Below are positions 6,319-7,149 of a stretch of DNA of 7,149 bases, in pieces. Location: contig CAZNIQ010000015.1 in the NCBI GenBank assembly GCA_964573185.1, positions 1 to 7,149 on the forward strand. Reading direction: 5' to 3'. A program made the translations under genes and the position numbers. Origin of the DNA: Candidatus Woesearchaeota archaeon. Its GTDB lineage: Archaea; Nanobdellota; Nanobdellia; Nanobdellales; CAZNIQ01. Position 1 is the first letter of the stretch, and each line of letters begins with the position of its first letter. Below the pieces are notes generated by a model. The model searched no databases. It saw only the letters and a list, made by a program, of their open reading frames with translations, and was not told the origin of the DNA.

Positions 6319-6323
6319 AAAAA
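6319..6323 (-). terminator. Possible oligo-T terminator after ndk (TCTCTTCTTTTTCAC on the minus strand)
   Basis: A T5 run begins 8 nt after the ndk stop, and archaeal terminators are simple oligo-T tracts. The call is weak in such an AT-rich genome. Confidence 0.25.
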
Positions 6324-6330
6324 GAAGAGA

Positions 6331-6921
6331 TTAATAAATAACCTCCTCCATGTCCCTTCTATATTCATAAATTTCCTCCGGCTTAAACAACAAAGATATT
6401 TCTCTTTTTGCAGATTTTTCTGAATCTGAAGCATGAACAACGTTTCTTATAGCCATTTTATTCCAATTAGCATAAGCATAAGACATATGAGCGAAATCTC
6501 CTCTTATGGTTCCGGGGGGAGCTTCCAAAGGTTCTGTAGGTCCTACTATTTTTCTTACAACCTTTACAGCATTTACCCCTTCAAGAACAATAGCTACAAC
6601 TGGACCAGAAGTTATATATTCAATTAACCACTCCCTTACCTTTTTACCGATTTCTATAGCATCCGTAGTTCCAAATTCTTTTAGAGGGTCTAAACCTACT
6701 TCTTGATATTTCTGTAACAACGTTGTTCCCACTTTTTCATACCATTTTTCATCGAATTTATAGAACTCTTCTGCTAACTCTCTAGTAAACCAAATCATTT
6801 TTAAACCTACGATCTTTAAACCAGCCCTTTCAAATCTTCTGATAATCTCACCGATTAAACCCCTCTTCACAGCGTCTGGCTTTATTAAAACAAGCGTTTT
6901 TTGAATTAAAGGATGCTTCAT
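6331..6921 (-). CDS. ndk: Nucleoside diphosphate kinase, long form with two insertions (196 aa from the ATG)
   Basis: Contains TLVLIKPDAVKRGLIGEIIRRFERAGLKIVGLKM, SGPVVAIVLEG, PGTIRGDF and NVVHASDS (catalytic His codon 6433-6435). The first track codon (6922-6924) is TTG. The ATG at 6919-6921 sits 29 nt from a TATA octamer, so I call 6921. Confidence 0.9.
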   Translation of the reverse strand: MKHPLIQKTLVLIKPDAVKRGLIGEIIRRFERAGLKIVGLKMIWFTRELAEEFYKFDEKWYEKVGTTLLQKYQEVGLDPLKEFGTTDAIEIGKKVREWLIEYITSGPVVAIVLEGVNAVKVVRKIVGPTEPLEAPPGTIRGDFAHMSYAYANWNKMAIRNVVHASDSEKSAKREISLLFKPEEIYEYRRDMEEVIY

Positions 6922-6942
6922 CAAATTTCCTTACAATTATTT

Positions 6943-6950
6943 TTTATAAA
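6943..6950 (-). promoter_or_regulatory. TATA box (TTTATAAA on the minus strand) for ndk; a second palindromic TATA-like copy lies at 6953-6961
   Basis: The octamer starts 29 nt upstream of the ndk ATG at 6921. The upstream copy, TTTTATAAA, contains the stop codon of the MNT ORF. Confidence 0.55.
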
Positions 6951-6954
6951 TCTT

Positions 6955-7149
6955 TTATAAAATTCTCATTCCTCCGGTTTTAATAATATGGATTTCAAAA
7001 GGGGAAAATTCAAAACTCTCTAAAAGTTTCAACCTTATCCTTACTCTTTCATTAGCATCTTCCGACATATTATTTGAGACTATAGCAACATCTATATCAG
7101 ATAGCATAGGATGATAATCTTTCGTTAAAACAGATCCAAATAAATAAAT
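6955..7149 (-). CDS. Partial CDS: C-terminal 64 codons plus stop, with the N-terminus beyond the right edge. Minimal nucleotidyltransferase (MNT, Pol-beta superfamily).
   Basis: Manual reverse-complement translation gives ...IYLFGSVLTKDYHPMLSDIDVAIVSNNMSEDANERVRIRLKLLESFEFSPFEIHIIKTGGMRIL*. The hhFGS-x(10-12)-SDIDh pattern is the Pol-beta nucleotidyltransferase signature (G-S ... D-x-D). The small size is typical of MNT proteins in HEPN/MNT modules. Not in the supplied ORF track. Confidence 0.75.
   Translation of the reverse strand: MYLFGSVLTKDYHPMLSDIDVAIVSNNMSEDANERVRIRLKLLESFEFSPFEIHIIKTGGMRIL

Noticed and set aside
6922-6924. Track start of ndk at 6924 (MMKHP...).
   Set aside because: The first codon is TTG. 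The adjacent ATG (6919-6921) has the same 29-nt TATA spacing as metG and infB, so the ATG is preferred.
6916-6924. UGAUGA at the ndk start (TTGATGAAG on the minus strand) considered as a second C box.
   Set aside because: No CUGA lies about 12 nt downstream, and there is no second box pair. It is simply the TTG-ATG-AAG start region.
1-7149. Search for a novel multi-gene system (defence island, CRISPR array, toxin-antitoxin pair, mobile-element borders, tRNA/rRNA genes).
   Set aside because: No repeat arrays, no tRNA-like GC-rich cloverleaf regions and no integrase or transposase genes are present. Every long ORF is a recognisable housekeeping gene. The only accessory-type elements are the intein and the truncated MNT gene, whose partner, if any, lies outside the window.

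Overview
AT-rich (roughly 30-35% GC from hand counts of sampled lines), very tightly packed archaeal chromosomal segment, mostly translation housekeeping. Plus strand: a short methionyl-tRNA synthetase (metG) coupled through an ATGA overlap to a 6-TM rhomboid protease. Minus strand: a long-form nucleoside diphosphate kinase (ndk), then aIF5B/IF2 (infB), then a TrmY-like SPOUT tRNA methyltransferase. infB is interrupted in its P-loop by a 529-aa intein carrying an apparently intact LAGLIDADG homing endonuclease. TrmY joins infB through another ATGA overlap. Three things are missing from the ORF track. (1) A textbook archaeal box C/D sRNA on the minus strand at about 213-264, in the metG upstream spacer. 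(2) A partial small winged-helix-like ORF at the left edge (1-189, minus). (3) A partial minimal nucleotidyltransferase (MNT, GS...DID motif) ORF at the right edge (6955-7149, minus). Three genes have a TATA-like octamer starting exactly 29 nt upstream of the ATG, which suggests leaderless mRNAs and supports moving two TTG-initiated track ORFs to internal ATGs. I see no multi-gene defence or otherwise novel system. The most interesting items are the unannotated C/D sRNA with its compact promoter context, the intein, a bacterial-type core-only MetRS with an HIGS signature, and the expanded NDK. All homology statements come from motif recognition by eye, with no database searches.
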